This document shows positions 26,794 to 36,485 of a DNA stretch of 64,000 bases, piece by piece. Numbering within the stretch: position 1 is the first letter of the stretch; every line of letters begins with the position of its first letter. The stretch spans positions 96,001 to 160,000 of the forward strand of contig CAWEZH010000001.1 in the NCBI GenBank assembly GCA_963813535.1, written 5' to 3'. The position numbers and the translations under genes are program-made. Under the pieces are notes generated by a model, which did no database searches, had not been told where the DNA came from, and saw only the letters and a list, made by a program, of their open reading frames with translations. This stretch comes from an uncultured Chloroflexia bacterium. Its GTDB lineage: Bacteria; Chloroflexota; Limnocylindria; Limnocylindrales; CSP1-4.

Positions 26794-28232
26794 CGTTCCC
26801 CTCGCTGGAGCACGGATCGCAGCGCGGGATAGAGCCCCTTGTATATCTCGAACGCGCGGTAGTAGGTGGCTCGCTGCTCGGGGCGCGGCTCGAGCCGACG
26901 CTCGACGCGCGTCATCGATCGGACACCAGACGTGACGTCGGGGCAGGCACCGATGGCGACCGCGCCAAGGATCGCGGAGCCGAGGACCGCCGTCTCCAGG
27001 ACCGCGGGCACGAGGACGGAGAAACCCGTGACGTCCGCCTTGATCTGGTTCCAGGTCTCGCTGCGTGCCGGGCCGCCGCAGGCCCGCATCGCGGTGACCG
27101 TCACGCCCGCCGCCAGCATCGGCTCGGCGACGTGCCGGATCGCGAGAGCACTTGCTTCGAGGATGGCGCGCGCGAGGTGGCCACGACCGTGGGCGAGCGT
27201 CAAGCCCACGAACGCCCCCGTGGCGGTCGGATCCCAGATGGGCGAGCGCTCACCGGTGAGGTACGGCAGGAAGACCACACCGTCCGCGCCCGGCGGCGTG
27301 GTGGCCGCTTCCTCGAGGAGCGCCTCCGTCGTGGTCGACCCACCGGTGACACCGTCCCGGAACCAATCGAGGGCCCGGCCCGTCGCCGCCATGGCGGCGC
27401 CCACGCTGTACAGCCCGGGCAGGGGTGCGGACGTCACGAAGGCGCCGGGCACCTCGACCGGTTCGTGCCAGTAGACGCCGAAGCCGCCCGCGGACCCGCC
27501 CGGATCGTAGGCATCGCCGGCCTCGGTCAACCCGGCACCCAGGTAGCTCGCGAACGCGTCGTTCGTGCCTCCGGCGACGGGGATGTCGTGTCGCACGCCG
27601 AGGGCCTCGGCCGCACTGACGGTCAGCGTGCCCACGACGGCACCCAGCGGGACCGGCGGTGGTCGTCGCTCCGCGCGCAGCCCCGTCGAGCGCTGGATCG
27701 CGTCGGGATCGGGTGGTGTCTGACCCGGCACGAGTGGCGCGGCCGCCACCCCCGTGAGTCGGAACGCCAACCACTCCCAGGTCGTGAGGTACCAGCGCGC
27801 GCGAGCGGCTGTGTCCGGCTCATGCCGCTCCAGCCACAGGGCCGCCGGGAGCGGTCCCAGGGCCCAGCCGCGGATACCGGTCGCGTCGGCGAGCTCGGCG
27901 GCCTCGGCCGTCGCGCGCGTGTCGAGGAACGTGATGGCCGGTCGGACCGCCTCGCCATGCTCGTCCACGGCGACGAGTGTCGGACCATGCCCATCGACCC
28001 CGATGGCGACGACGTCGACTGTCTCCGGCGGCCGAAGCGCGCCCACGGCGACCACCACCGCCGACCACCACGCACCCGGGTCCTGCTCGGCCCTGCCCGG
28101 CTCCGGTCCGACATCGAGCGCGTACCCGGCACGGGCCATCGCCAGGAGACGGCCGTCCAGACCCACCAGGCCGACCTTCACTTCGGTCGTACCGAGGTCG
28201 ATGCCGAGGATCGCCGCGGTCGGCGTGGTCAT
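26790..28232 (-). CDS. FGGY family carbohydrate kinase (xylulokinase-like)
   Basis: LGIDLGTT..K, AEQDP..WW, FLPYLTGERSP.WD, GGPARS..WNQIKADVTG. Confidence 0.92.
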   Translation of the reverse strand: MTTPTAAILGIDLGTTEVKVGLVGLDGRLLAMARAGYALDVGPEPGRAEQDPGAWWSAVVVAVGALRPPETVDVVAIGVDGHGPTLVAVDEHGEAVRPAITFLDTRATAEAAELADATGIRGWALGPLPAALWLERHEPDTAARARWYLTTWEWLAFRLTGVAAAPLVPGQTPPDPDAIQRSTGLRAERRPPPVPLGAVVGTLTVSAAEALGVRHDIPVAGGTNDAFASYLGAGLTEAGDAYDPGGSAGGFGVYWHEPVEVPGAFVTSAPLPGLYSVGAAMAATGRALDWFRDGVTGGSTTTEALLEEAATTPPGADGVVFLPYLTGERSPIWDPTATGAFVGLTLAHGRGHLARAILEASALAIRHVAEPMLAAGVTVTAMRACGGPARSETWNQIKADVTGFSVLVPAVLETAVLGSAILGAVAIGACPDVTSGVRSMTRVERRLEPRPEQRATYYRAFEIYKGLYPALRSVLQRGER

Positions 28233-29161
28233 GGCGCGTCCAGGCCGGCGACGGCCTCGGCGGTCGCCACGTCGGTGACGAGCGTCTTCACCGCGCCGGA
28301 CCTGAGGGCACCGAGGATGGGCTGCACCTTCCCGCGCCCAGTCCCGATCCCGATCGAGATCGGGACGTCGCGCAGCGTGCGCGCGTCGAAGGCGATGACC
28401 CGCTCGCGCAGGGCGGGGCAGACGAACGAGCCCCCGATATCGAACGGGGCGATCAGGATCTCGCCGACGGCCTGTGCCTCGTCCAGGGAACGGACCACGT
28501 CCCAGCCAAGCGACGCGACGCCCCACGACGGGCCGCCGATGCCGAACAACGCCACGTCGAGTCGCTCCCACAGGTCGATGACGGCGCGAACACCGGCGTG
28601 CGCCTCGAGGGCGTGCTTGGTCTGGGCGTCCTCCAGCAGCCCGGGTGCCATGAGGCCGTGCGGCTGGGCGCTGAACGCACCGGCGATGCGGTGGAATGGA
28701 TCGCGGTCGGGGCCCGGCGACCAGTAGCCGCCGGCCAGCGGCACGATCGTCGCCCGGACCGGGGTCACGGCATCCTCGAGGGCATCGGCCACCGCCCCGA
28801 CGGACGCACCGTGCCCGATCCCGACGATCCCGCCGTCACGGATGCTCGCCCGGAGGACGTCGGCCGCGAGCCGCCCGACGATCCGTCGGGTCAGGTCCTC
28901 CGGCCCGGCGAGCGTGGGCGCAAGGTGGACCGCGTCGAGGGAGAAGCGCTGCCGCAGCTCGTCGGCGGCCGGCGACGCGGCCGTCGTCCCGTCGATGATG
29001 CGGATCTCGACGACGCCCTCGGCGCGCGCCCGCTTGAGCAGTCGGCTGACCTGGGGTCGGGTCAACCCGAGGCGTTCGGCGACTTCGCTCTGGGTCTCAC
29101 CCAACTCGTAGTAGAGCCGGCTGGCCTGCACGAGGAGATCGCGGTCGGCCGTCATCGGCAC
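28229..29161 (-). CDS. SorC/LsrR-family sugar-binding transcriptional regulator
   Basis: LYYE..ETQSEVAERLGLTRPQVSRLL..AR..GVVEI HTH, followed by a sugar-binding domain ending LVTD. Confidence 0.93.
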   Translation of the reverse strand: MPMTADRDLLVQASRLYYELGETQSEVAERLGLTRPQVSRLLKRARAEGVVEIRIIDGTTAASPAADELRQRFSLDAVHLAPTLAGPEDLTRRIVGRLAADVLRASIRDGGIVGIGHGASVGAVADALEDAVTPVRATIVPLAGGYWSPGPDRDPFHRIAGAFSAQPHGLMAPGLLEDAQTKHALEAHAGVRAVIDLWERLDVALFGIGGPSWGVASLGWDVVRSLDEAQAVGEILIAPFDIGGSFVCPALRERVIAFDARTLRDVPISIGIGTGRGKVQPILGALRSGAVKTLVTDVATAEAVAGLDAP

Positions 29162-29176
29162 CGTCTCGACCGGGGT

Positions 29177-29220
29177 TGCACAGATGTTCCGAACAGATGT
29201 GCACGCACGCCGAGAGCATA
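29177..29220 (-). promoter_or_regulatory. Probable SorC-family operator and -10 box
   Basis: Near-palindrome TGCACAGATGTTCCGAACAGATGTGCA (29177-29203, two ACAGATGT copies) just downstream of minus-strand TATGCT (29215-29220). Confidence 0.7.
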
Positions 29221-29275
29221 CATGACGAAGCGCGGGCCCCGAGCGAGACCCGCGCTCCCCTCCCCCGCGGGGACA

Positions 29276-30640
29276 TCAGCCGGCGAGCAGGCTGGCGACC
29301 TCCATCCGTTCGATCGGGTCCAGCGCCGCGCCGAGCCCGGCGGCGTCACGCAGGAGTTGCTCTCCACGCGCACGATCGCCCAGGGCGATCCGGATGGCCC
29401 CGTCGTAGAACCGCAGCCGGGCATCGTCCGCGCCGAGCGCCCGAGCGGCATCGATGGCCTCGCCCGCCTCGGGATACAGCCCGAGGCGATACGCGGCCCA
29501 GGCGACGAGCTCGTGGCCCGCGGCATCGGGGCGATCGACGACCGAGGCCCGCGCCCGATCGAGCAACGCCTGATCAGCACCGCTGTGATCCAGCTCGAAA
29601 CGGAGGAGCTGCCGGTCGTAGGTGGCCGACTGCACGTCGCCGAGCTGTTCGATGAACCGGATCGTATCGAAGGCCTTGGCTGCCTCGGCATCAGCGGGAT
29701 CGGCGCTCCCGAGGAGGTCGCCGAGAAGTGCGAGCGCTTCGGGCTGGGGTGCGATGCGTGTCGCGCGCCGGAGACCGTCGATCGCGTCCGTGGTCCGCCC
29801 GTCGAACGCATCGATGCGGGCAAGGCCGATGAGCGCTCCGAGATCGTCATCGCGGACGCCGAGCGCGTCGGTGAACGCGGCCCGGGCCGTCGGGACGTCG
29901 CCTGCAAGTCGCGCATATTCGCCGACCGCGTAGTGATAGAAGCCGATGTCCTCGACCTCGTCCTCGACGGCTGCGGATCGAGCGGCGATCGCGAGCTCGA
30001 GCGCCTTCGCGGCATCGCCCGTGACGGAGGCGAGACGCGCCTGCCGGATGGCGACGGCCGACCCCCCGACGGCTTCGAGGGTGGTCAGGTCGGCCCGCGC
30101 GGCGTCGATGCGACCGAGCTCGAGCTCGGCGTCGAAGCGCACGGCCAGCGCGGCCGGCTCCGACGGCGTCTCCGTCAACAGGGCATCGACCGCCGCGACC
30201 GCGGCCCCGAAGTCGTGCAACGACACGAGGGTCGACGCTTCCACCAGGCGCGCCGGCACGTGTCCGGGCTCGATGGTGAGCGCCGTCCGTGCCGCCGAGA
30301 GTGCTCGCTCGTAGTCGGTCAGGTCGTAGCTCAATCGGCCACGACCCTGGTAGAGGACGGCGAGGTTGGTCGCCGCGAGGAAATCACGTGGATTCGTCTC
30401 GAGGTTCTTCGACCACGCGTCGATGGAGTGATCCACCTGGCCGAGTGACACGGGTGGTGCGCCCCCGCCATCGAGCGGCGCCGGGCTTGCGGCAGCTGCC
30501 GGCACCTGCTGCGTGGTGGTGGCCGGAGCGGGCCTGATGGCGGCAATGGCCCATGAGCCGGCAACGACGAGGATGGCGGCCAGCACGAGCCCGAGGGCTC
30601 GGGGCCGCCGATGGGAGATGGAACCGGCGAAAGCGATCAT
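29276..30640 (-). CDS. Membrane-anchored or secreted TPR protein
   Basis: N-terminal hydrophobic helix and multiple TPR-like helical pairs. Confidence 0.85.
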   Translation of the reverse strand: MIAFAGSISHRRPRALGLVLAAILVVAGSWAIAAIRPAPATTTQQVPAAAASPAPLDGGGAPPVSLGQVDHSIDAWSKNLETNPRDFLAATNLAVLYQGRGRLSYDLTDYERALSAARTALTIEPGHVPARLVEASTLVSLHDFGAAVAAVDALLTETPSEPAALAVRFDAELELGRIDAARADLTTLEAVGGSAVAIRQARLASVTGDAAKALELAIAARSAAVEDEVEDIGFYHYAVGEYARLAGDVPTARAAFTDALGVRDDDLGALIGLARIDAFDGRTTDAIDGLRRATRIAPQPEALALLGDLLGSADPADAEAAKAFDTIRFIEQLGDVQSATYDRQLLRFELDHSGADQALLDRARASVVDRPDAAGHELVAWAAYRLGLYPEAGEAIDAARALGADDARLRFYDGAIRIALGDRARGEQLLRDAAGLGAALDPIERMEVASLLAG

Positions 30641-30665
30641 GTCGATGCGTCCCTTGGTTGCGGTG

Positions 30666-30696
30666 TCGGAAGGCGACCCACTGGGCCGCCTTCCGA
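30666..30696 (-). terminator. Intergenic hairpin (terminator or mRNA stabiliser)
   Basis: TCGGAAGGCG...CGCCTTCCGA stem between the DUF4331 and TPR genes. Confidence 0.45.
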
Positions 30697-30708
30697 GGGA
30701 CCTCCGAC

Positions 30709-31881
30709 CTAGTGCGGCTTTCCGAGATACGGGAAGCGCGACAGGTAGTCGGTGTGCGGGCCGACGCCGTCGCCGGGCACAGCGCCGGTGGCGTTGCGGT
30801 TGGCGAAGAGGCCGAGCGGGTCACCACCCGTGGTCACGTTGAGCTCGACGTCGATCACGTCGTCGGCGAGCGCGCGGCCGTTGAGCGGTGCAGGCAGCTT
30901 GCTCGAGCGGCTGTAGACGAGCACGTCGGGGATCAGGACGTCGGCCAAGGCCCCCGCCTGAGCGTTCGAGTACGCGCCTTCAGTGTCGAGGCTCGAGAAG
31001 AACTTCAAGCCGTTGATCACGTTCGTGCGGAACTTGCCGCCGAAGGCCGTGGCCTGTCGACTGGGCGCGGTCCGGTTGAACAGATCCTTGTCGGCGGCCG
31101 GGTTGAAGACCGTATTGATCGCCGGGCGACCCATCTGGTCTCCTGCCCGCCACTTGCCGTTCTTCCAGTACTGGGTGGTCGCCCAGACACCGATGGTGTT
31201 CGGCAGCTGCGAGTTCGGGACCGACAGGACGATCGCGTTCGTGTTGAGGTTGGCGAAGAAGTCGGTCGGGTTTTTCCCGAGCGCATCGCCACCGACGGCC
31301 GTGCCGGTCGTCAGGAACGTGGTCGTACCGATGAACCCGGTGAGATCGAAGAAGAAGGGATCGGAACGGACGCCGGCCCATGCCCTCAGGCTCTGCCGGG
31401 TCTTGGCACTCCCCTCGTTGCTCTCACCCCAGGCGACCGTCCGGCCGTCGTCGAGCGAGCGGGCATCGCTGCCGGTGTACTTCTTGATCCGGTAGTCCTG
31501 CTCGGGGTACTTGTCGTCATCGTCCTTGTCGACGCGGCCGAACCGCGCGACGTAGGCGAGGTCCGCCTTCTCGTCGCCGTTCTTGTCGATGTTGAAGACG
31601 TAGCGGACGTTCGTCCCGAAGTTGCCACCAAACAGGTTGATGGCCGGGTTGACCGTCATGGCGATGACCGTCCGCCGCGAGTTGTCGGGTGCCCGGAAGA
31701 CGTAGACATCGTTGATGTCGCGGTCGCCGTGCTCCGAATGCGGGGCGATCTGGCCGTTCGCGGTTGCCCCGCCGAGGGCGGGGGCATCAAGGTGGTCGGC
31801 CGCGCTGCTGAGGATCGGGGCGGCGCCGATGGTCAGCGCGACCACAGCGGTCCCGAAGGCGGCGAATTTTCTGCGAGACAT
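30709..31881 (-). CDS. Secreted DUF4331-family protein
   Basis: Signal peptide, AADHLDAP, DINDVYVF, DPFFFDL, DQMGRPAIN, NGRALADDVID, FPYLG.PH. Confidence 0.88.
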   Translation of the reverse strand: MSRRKFAAFGTAVVALTIGAAPILSSAADHLDAPALGGATANGQIAPHSEHGDRDINDVYVFRAPDNSRRTVIAMTVNPAINLFGGNFGTNVRYVFNIDKNGDEKADLAYVARFGRVDKDDDDKYPEQDYRIKKYTGSDARSLDDGRTVAWGESNEGSAKTRQSLRAWAGVRSDPFFFDLTGFIGTTTFLTTGTAVGGDALGKNPTDFFANLNTNAIVLSVPNSQLPNTIGVWATTQYWKNGKWRAGDQMGRPAINTVFNPAADKDLFNRTAPSRQATAFGGKFRTNVINGLKFFSSLDTEGAYSNAQAGALADVLIPDVLVYSRSSKLPAPLNGRALADDVIDVELNVTTGGDPLGLFANRNATGAVPGDGVGPHTDYLSRFPYLGKPH

Positions 31882-32037
31882 GGTGGGATTCGAACCCTCC
31901 TGTGGTGATACGTGGCGACCGGGCTCCTCCACGGCTCCCAGCCGATCGGTCACCTCGACGTCGTCGCGACCTATCCGTCGTGGCTCTCCCCGTCATGCGC
32001 AGGCGGGCGCCATGCGGATGACTCGACGCAGGAGTCG

Positions 32038-33426
32038 CTAGAGGACGCGTCCCGGATTCAGGAGGCCCTGCGGGTCCAGCGCCGCCTTGATCGACCGCAT
32101 CACGCGGACGGCGTCAGCTCCCCGTTGCTCCTCGAGCCACTCGCGCCTCGCCGACCCGATGCCGTGTTCGCCGGTCACGGTGCCGCCGAGGTCCAGCGCC
32201 GCGCGATACAGGTCTGCTTGGACCGCCTTGGTGATCGTCTCGCCGTTGGGATCGCCGCGGTCGAGGACCAGGTCTGGATGCAAGTTCCCGTCGCCCGCGT
32301 GACCGAACGTCCCGATCCGTACCTCGTGCCTGGCGGCGATCGCCTCGATGGCGCGGAGCATGTCGGGGACCCGCGAGCGGGGCACGCCCACATCCTCCAT
32401 CTTGACGTCGCCGAGCTTCTCGAGCGCCCAGTGTGCGGCGCGGCGAGCCTGCCGCAGCAGGTCCGCTTCCGCCGGGGTCTGGGAGCGGACGGTCGACGTC
32501 GCCCCGACGCCGGTGCAGACCGTCTCGGCCCGTGCCAGCTCGTCGGCCGCCGCGGCAGCCGGCAGGTCCGACTCGATCATCAGCATCGCGGCAGCATCCC
32601 GGTCGAGGCCGAGCGCATGGACGTCGTCGACCGCGCGGATCGTGAACCGATCCATCAGCTCGAGGGTGACCGGTGACAGCCCGGCCGCGGCGATCCCGGC
32701 CACGGCGTCGCCGGCCAATTCGAGGCTGGGGAAGAAGGCGAGGAGCGTGGCACGTGGCGGCGGGGTGGGGCGCAGCCGGAGGGTGGCCTCGGTGATCATC
32801 CCGAGGGTGCCCTGCGACCCGACGATCAGATGGGTGAGCGAGTACCCGGCGACGTCCTTGACGTTCTTGCCGCCGGTCCTGATGACGCTGCCGTCGGCCA
32901 TCACGACCTCGAGCCCGAGGACCGACTCGCGGGTCTGCCCGTACTTCACGCAACACAGACCGCCGGCGTTGGTGCCGAGGTTCCCGCCGATGGAACACAT
33001 CTCGAAGCTGGCCGGGTCCGGCGCGTAGAACAGCCCGTGCTCGGCGACCGCGGCCTTCAGCCGCGCATTGATCACCCCGGGTTGCGTGACGACGCACAGG
33101 TTGGGCGGGTCGATCTCGAGGATCCGGTCCATCGCCGTGAACGCGACAGTCAACGCGCCGTCGATGCCTGCGGCGCCGCCACTCAGCCCGGACCCGGCCC
33201 CTCTCGGGACGATCGGAACGTCGAACTCCGCACAGACCCGGACGATCTCGACCACGTCGGCCGTTTCGGTCGGCAGAGCGACGGCACCAGGCAGACCGGC
33301 CGGGAGGTACTGCGTCTCGTCGCGCCGGTACGTCTCGCGGTCGACCTCATCGGTCAACACGCGCAGGCCGGGGAGACGGCCGCGCAGTGCGTCGATGAAC
33401 CCCTCGGTGACGATGCCGGCGGCCAT
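32038..33426 (-). CDS. FAD-linked oxidase (GlcD/D-lactate dehydrogenase-like)
   Basis: PRGAGSGLSGG, PDPAS, IGGNLGTNAGG, GSQGTLG, GHAGDGNLH, GEHGIG, LNPG. Confidence 0.93.
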   Translation of the reverse strand: MAAGIVTEGFIDALRGRLPGLRVLTDEVDRETYRRDETQYLPAGLPGAVALPTETADVVEIVRVCAEFDVPIVPRGAGSGLSGGAAGIDGALTVAFTAMDRILEIDPPNLCVVTQPGVINARLKAAVAEHGLFYAPDPASFEMCSIGGNLGTNAGGLCCVKYGQTRESVLGLEVVMADGSVIRTGGKNVKDVAGYSLTHLIVGSQGTLGMITEATLRLRPTPPPRATLLAFFPSLELAGDAVAGIAAAGLSPVTLELMDRFTIRAVDDVHALGLDRDAAAMLMIESDLPAAAAADELARAETVCTGVGATSTVRSQTPAEADLLRQARRAAHWALEKLGDVKMEDVGVPRSRVPDMLRAIEAIAARHEVRIGTFGHAGDGNLHPDLVLDRGDPNGETITKAVQADLYRAALDLGGTVTGEHGIGSARREWLEEQRGADAVRVMRSIKAALDPQGLLNPGRVL

Positions 33427-33521
33427 GAGGCGCCAGTGTAGGGCGCGGCCGGAGGGAGGTCCGGGAGGCGCGCGGACCATCGGCGAGCGGACGATCGGAC
33501 CCGGACGGGTAGGATTCCCAG

Positions 33522-34991
33522 ATGCACAGGGGGTTCATAGCGCGCGCCCTCGCTCCGGTCGGTCTGGCCCTCCTGCTCGTCGCGGGCATCGCCGGCCCAG
33601 CCTTCGCGTGCGATCCAGCGCTCTCGGATCGTCGCGACTCGCGCATCTTCGACGATCGACGTACCACCGTCGACGAGGGCTCTGTGTCCACGGATGTCGC
33701 CGGTTTCGGCGCAGGTGCCTCCAGCGCGGCGGTGGCCGTCGGTGCGAGCGCGATCGCGCCCGGCAGCGTGAACCGGACGAGCACGTACCTCTCAGCGCGG
33801 TATCTCGTCGGCCTGTCGCTGAAGTTCGGCACGCGCGCGTTCCAGGCGAACACGGTTGCGACCATCACCAACACGTCGGGCGGGCCGATCGACCGCGTCG
33901 AGCTCAACACGATCGCGGCACGGCTCGGCGGCATGCGACTCCACACCGTCCAGGTCGACGGCCGGCGTGTCGCGGCCAGGGTCCGCGACCAGACGATCAT
34001 CGTGCCGCTGGGCGGCATCCTGGCCGCCGGAGACAGCGTCAAGATCCGCGTCCACTACCTCGCGACGCTGCGCAGCAGCCTCGCGGGCTCGAACTGGCTG
34101 TTCACTCGCGTCAACGGCATCGTCGATGCCTATCGCTGGATCCCATGGGTCAGCCGGGCGACCCCGTTCACGCGCCCGAACCACGGCGACCCGTTCGTGA
34201 CGCCGGTCAGCCCGGAAGTCATCATCAACGTCACGACGGACCGGCGGCTCGTCATCGCCTCGACCGCGGGCGTCGTATCGCAGTCGAGCAACGGGCGCAC
34301 GCAGAGGCTCGTCGCGCGCAACGTGCGCGACGTGACGATCACGGCCGCCCCCGACTTCCGCACCGCCACCGTGGTGGTTGGATCGAAGAAGGTCCGTTAC
34401 TACTACCGGTCGTCGGCCAACCGCGCGCTCGTCCTCGACGCCGCGGCCGATGCCTTCCGCGCCATGCAGTCTCGTCTCGGGCCGTATCCCTACTCGATCT
34501 ACAAGGTCGTCCAGTCGGCCGGCGGGTATGGCATGGAGTCGCCCGGCCTGACGTGGATCCCGTACGGCGTCGGCAGGGCCAACCTGCGCTACCTGACGGC
34601 CCACGAGACGGCCCATCAATGGTTCTACGGAATGGTCGGCAACGACCAGGCCCGCCAGCCGTTCGCCGACGAGGCGCTGGCCGACTTCGTCGCGCGCGAC
34701 GTGACCGGCACGCGCCGGGCAAGCCGCTGCTCGACCGCCCGCCTCGACCGCTCGATCTACGCCTATTCGAGCGCGTGCTACTACGAGGTCGTGTACATCC
34801 AGGGCGGCAACCTGCTCAACGAGGCTCGCAGGCGGATGGGCTCGTCGCTGTTCTGGTCGACGCTACGGACGTACGTCGCCGCCCAGCGCTACCGGATCTC
34901 GACGACCCCGACGCTCCTCAAGACGCTGGACGACGCGACACCGGTGTACCTGTCGGCGTTGTTCCGACCGCGCTTCCCGTCGTACTACTAG
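33522..34991 (+). CDS. Secreted M1-family (gluzincin) aminopeptidase
   Basis: Signal peptide, GMESPG, AHETAHQWF...DEALA. Confidence 0.88.
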   Translation: MHRGFIARALAPVGLALLLVAGIAGPAFACDPALSDRRDSRIFDDRRTTVDEGSVSTDVAGFGAGASSAAVAVGASAIAPGSVNRTSTYLSARYLVGLSLKFGTRAFQANTVATITNTSGGPIDRVELNTIAARLGGMRLHTVQVDGRRVAARVRDQTIIVPLGGILAAGDSVKIRVHYLATLRSSLAGSNWLFTRVNGIVDAYRWIPWVSRATPFTRPNHGDPFVTPVSPEVIINVTTDRRLVIASTAGVVSQSSNGRTQRLVARNVRDVTITAAPDFRTATVVVGSKKVRYYYRSSANRALVLDAAADAFRAMQSRLGPYPYSIYKVVQSAGGYGMESPGLTWIPYGVGRANLRYLTAHETAHQWFYGMVGNDQARQPFADEALADFVARDVTGTRRASRCSTARLDRSIYAYSSACYYEVVYIQGGNLLNEARRRMGSSLFWSTLRTYVAAQRYRISTTPTLLKTLDDATPVYLSALFRPRFPSYY

Positions 34992-35856
34992 TCGACGTCG
35001 GGGCGGCGCTGGCCAGCTGGGCGCCGACAGTCGAGTCGCCGCCGGCCATCCGCCGGTCGGCGGCCAGCGCCTGCGGCATCTGGCGGAACGACCTCGGAAG
35101 CACGGGCATCCACGCGCGCCACGTGATGGCGAGCCAGCCCGAGACCGCCCGCTCGAGAGGTCCCCACCGGAAGCCGTAGGCCTCCCTGATCGTCTGTGGC
35201 AGCAGACCCAGGGCCGGCCACAGCGTCCAGTCGTACAGCCGCGGGTCGAGCCCGGCCCGCCCGAGGACCCCGGGGAGTGGCGGGTGGAGGATCGCCTCCG
35301 CCAGCTCGCGCGCGACCGGTCCGACCTGCACCGGCCCGCCCGGCCGCAACTGATCCGCGAGATATGCGTCGAAAGCGGCGAGGTCCGCCGGCAGGTACGA
35401 CTCCGGTATCCCGAACGCTCGGGCGATCGGCTTGGTCTCGTCGTAGAACCGCGCTGCCTGGTCGCGGGACAACGGACCCGCCCACGCGTCGTTGACGATG
35501 ATCGTGGAGTCGACGAGCGTGGCGTGCACCCACATCGACAGGGCGGGATCGCGCGCGTCATAGCCCGACCCGGTGATGCCGCGATGGAGCGCGTTCAGAC
35601 GGCGGATCTCGTCCCGTGCGGCCGCGGTGGATCCGTAGATGATCCGCAGGTAGCTCCGCAGGGTGCCGTCGAGACGGCGCCACGGGTCGGCGCGGAAGTC
35701 GGAATGTTCGTCGACACCCGCCGCGACGGCGGGATGGGCGAGCTGCATCAGGAGTGCCCGCGGACCGGCGCCCAGCAGCAACATCGCCTCGCGGTCCAGG
35801 CGCCATGCTTCCGAATCCGGCCCGAACATCCCGGCGTCGCGATCGCGCGTATCCAC
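34918..35856 (-). CDS. Oxygenase MpaB/DUF2236-family protein
   Basis: ALLMQLAHPAVAAGV.EHSDF..DPW.RL..T, Y.A.DP...WVHATL. Start is probably GTG 35856. Confidence 0.88.
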   Translation of the reverse strand: MDTRDRDAGMFGPDSEAWRLDREAMLLLGAGPRALLMQLAHPAVAAGVDEHSDFRADPWRRLDGTLRSYLRIIYGSTAAARDEIRRLNALHRGITGSGYDARDPALSMWVHATLVDSTIIVNDAWAGPLSRDQAARFYDETKPIARAFGIPESYLPADLAAFDAYLADQLRPGGPVQVGPVARELAEAILHPPLPGVLGRAGLDPRLYDWTLWPALGLLPQTIREAYGFRWGPLERAVSGWLAITWRAWMPVLPRSFRQMPQALAADRRMAGGDSTVGAQLASAAPTSTSSTTGSAVGTTPTGTPVSRRPAS

Positions 35857-35891
35857 GGCAAGCACGATAGCCGCACTTCGAGGAGGGGACG

Positions 35892-36485
35892 TTGGGACGC
35901 TGGGGTACCGAGTTCGACGCGGATCGGCTGGCGACGCTCGAGACCCGGATGTGGAAGGCCTACTACCGACGCCAACCGGCACGCCTGTTCGGATGGCTCG
36001 TCCTGGCCCTGAAGGAGCAGGCCGATGTGCGCTGGCCGACCGCGCTCGCAGCGAGCCTGCTGCTGACCCGTGCGGCGGCCGGCTTCGCGCGGGCGGATGG
36101 CGAGTACGACCGGTTCGCGCCGGACATCGGCCGTGCCTATCGGCGATTGGGATTGCCAGCGGAGGTCGACGCGGACGAGGTAGCCCGGCGTGAGTTGCGC
36201 TGGTGGGTGGTGCGCCGCGAGATCGGGCTATCGGCGGGAGCCGCCGCCGGCGAGGCCATCTCCGCCCTCTACGCCACGATCTACGACGTCGAGGAGTCGG
36301 CTGTGGCCGAGGCCGGTCGGCTGCGCGGCGAGGCGGCGGAGGTGCGCGATCGCGGTGCGGCCGGCGACCCGGATGGTCCGCGCGGGTCGGGGCGCGCCTA
36401 CTGGCCCGAGGTGGCGCGGCTCCTCCGTGATTCGTACCGCTCGCTTCGAGCGGCGATCAGCGATCCTCCGGGCGGCGGCCGATGA
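35892..36485 (+). CDS. Hypothetical helical protein
   Basis: 197-aa ORF with typical codon pattern filling the gap; GAGGAGG upstream. Confidence 0.7.
   Translation: MGRWGTEFDADRLATLETRMWKAYYRRQPARLFGWLVLALKEQADVRWPTALAASLLLTRAAAGFARADGEYDRFAPDIGRAYRRLGLPAEVDADEVARRELRWWVVRREIGLSAGAAAGEAISALYATIYDVEESAVAEAGRLRGEAAEVRDRGAAGDPDGPRGSGRAYWPEVARLLRDSYRSLRAAISDPPGGGR

Noticed and set aside
31880-31900. tRNA T-arm-like GGGTTCGAATCCCACCA on the minus strand (possible att site or tRNA relic)
   Set aside because: No D or anticodon arm; it coincides with the SD-ATG region of the DUF4331 gene and does not match the tRNA-His 3' end.
34918-34991. 74-bp convergent overlap of the MpaB-like and M1 peptidase genes as a special feature
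   Set aside because: The low-complexity tail is consistent with stop-codon drift or a minor indel; no support for function.
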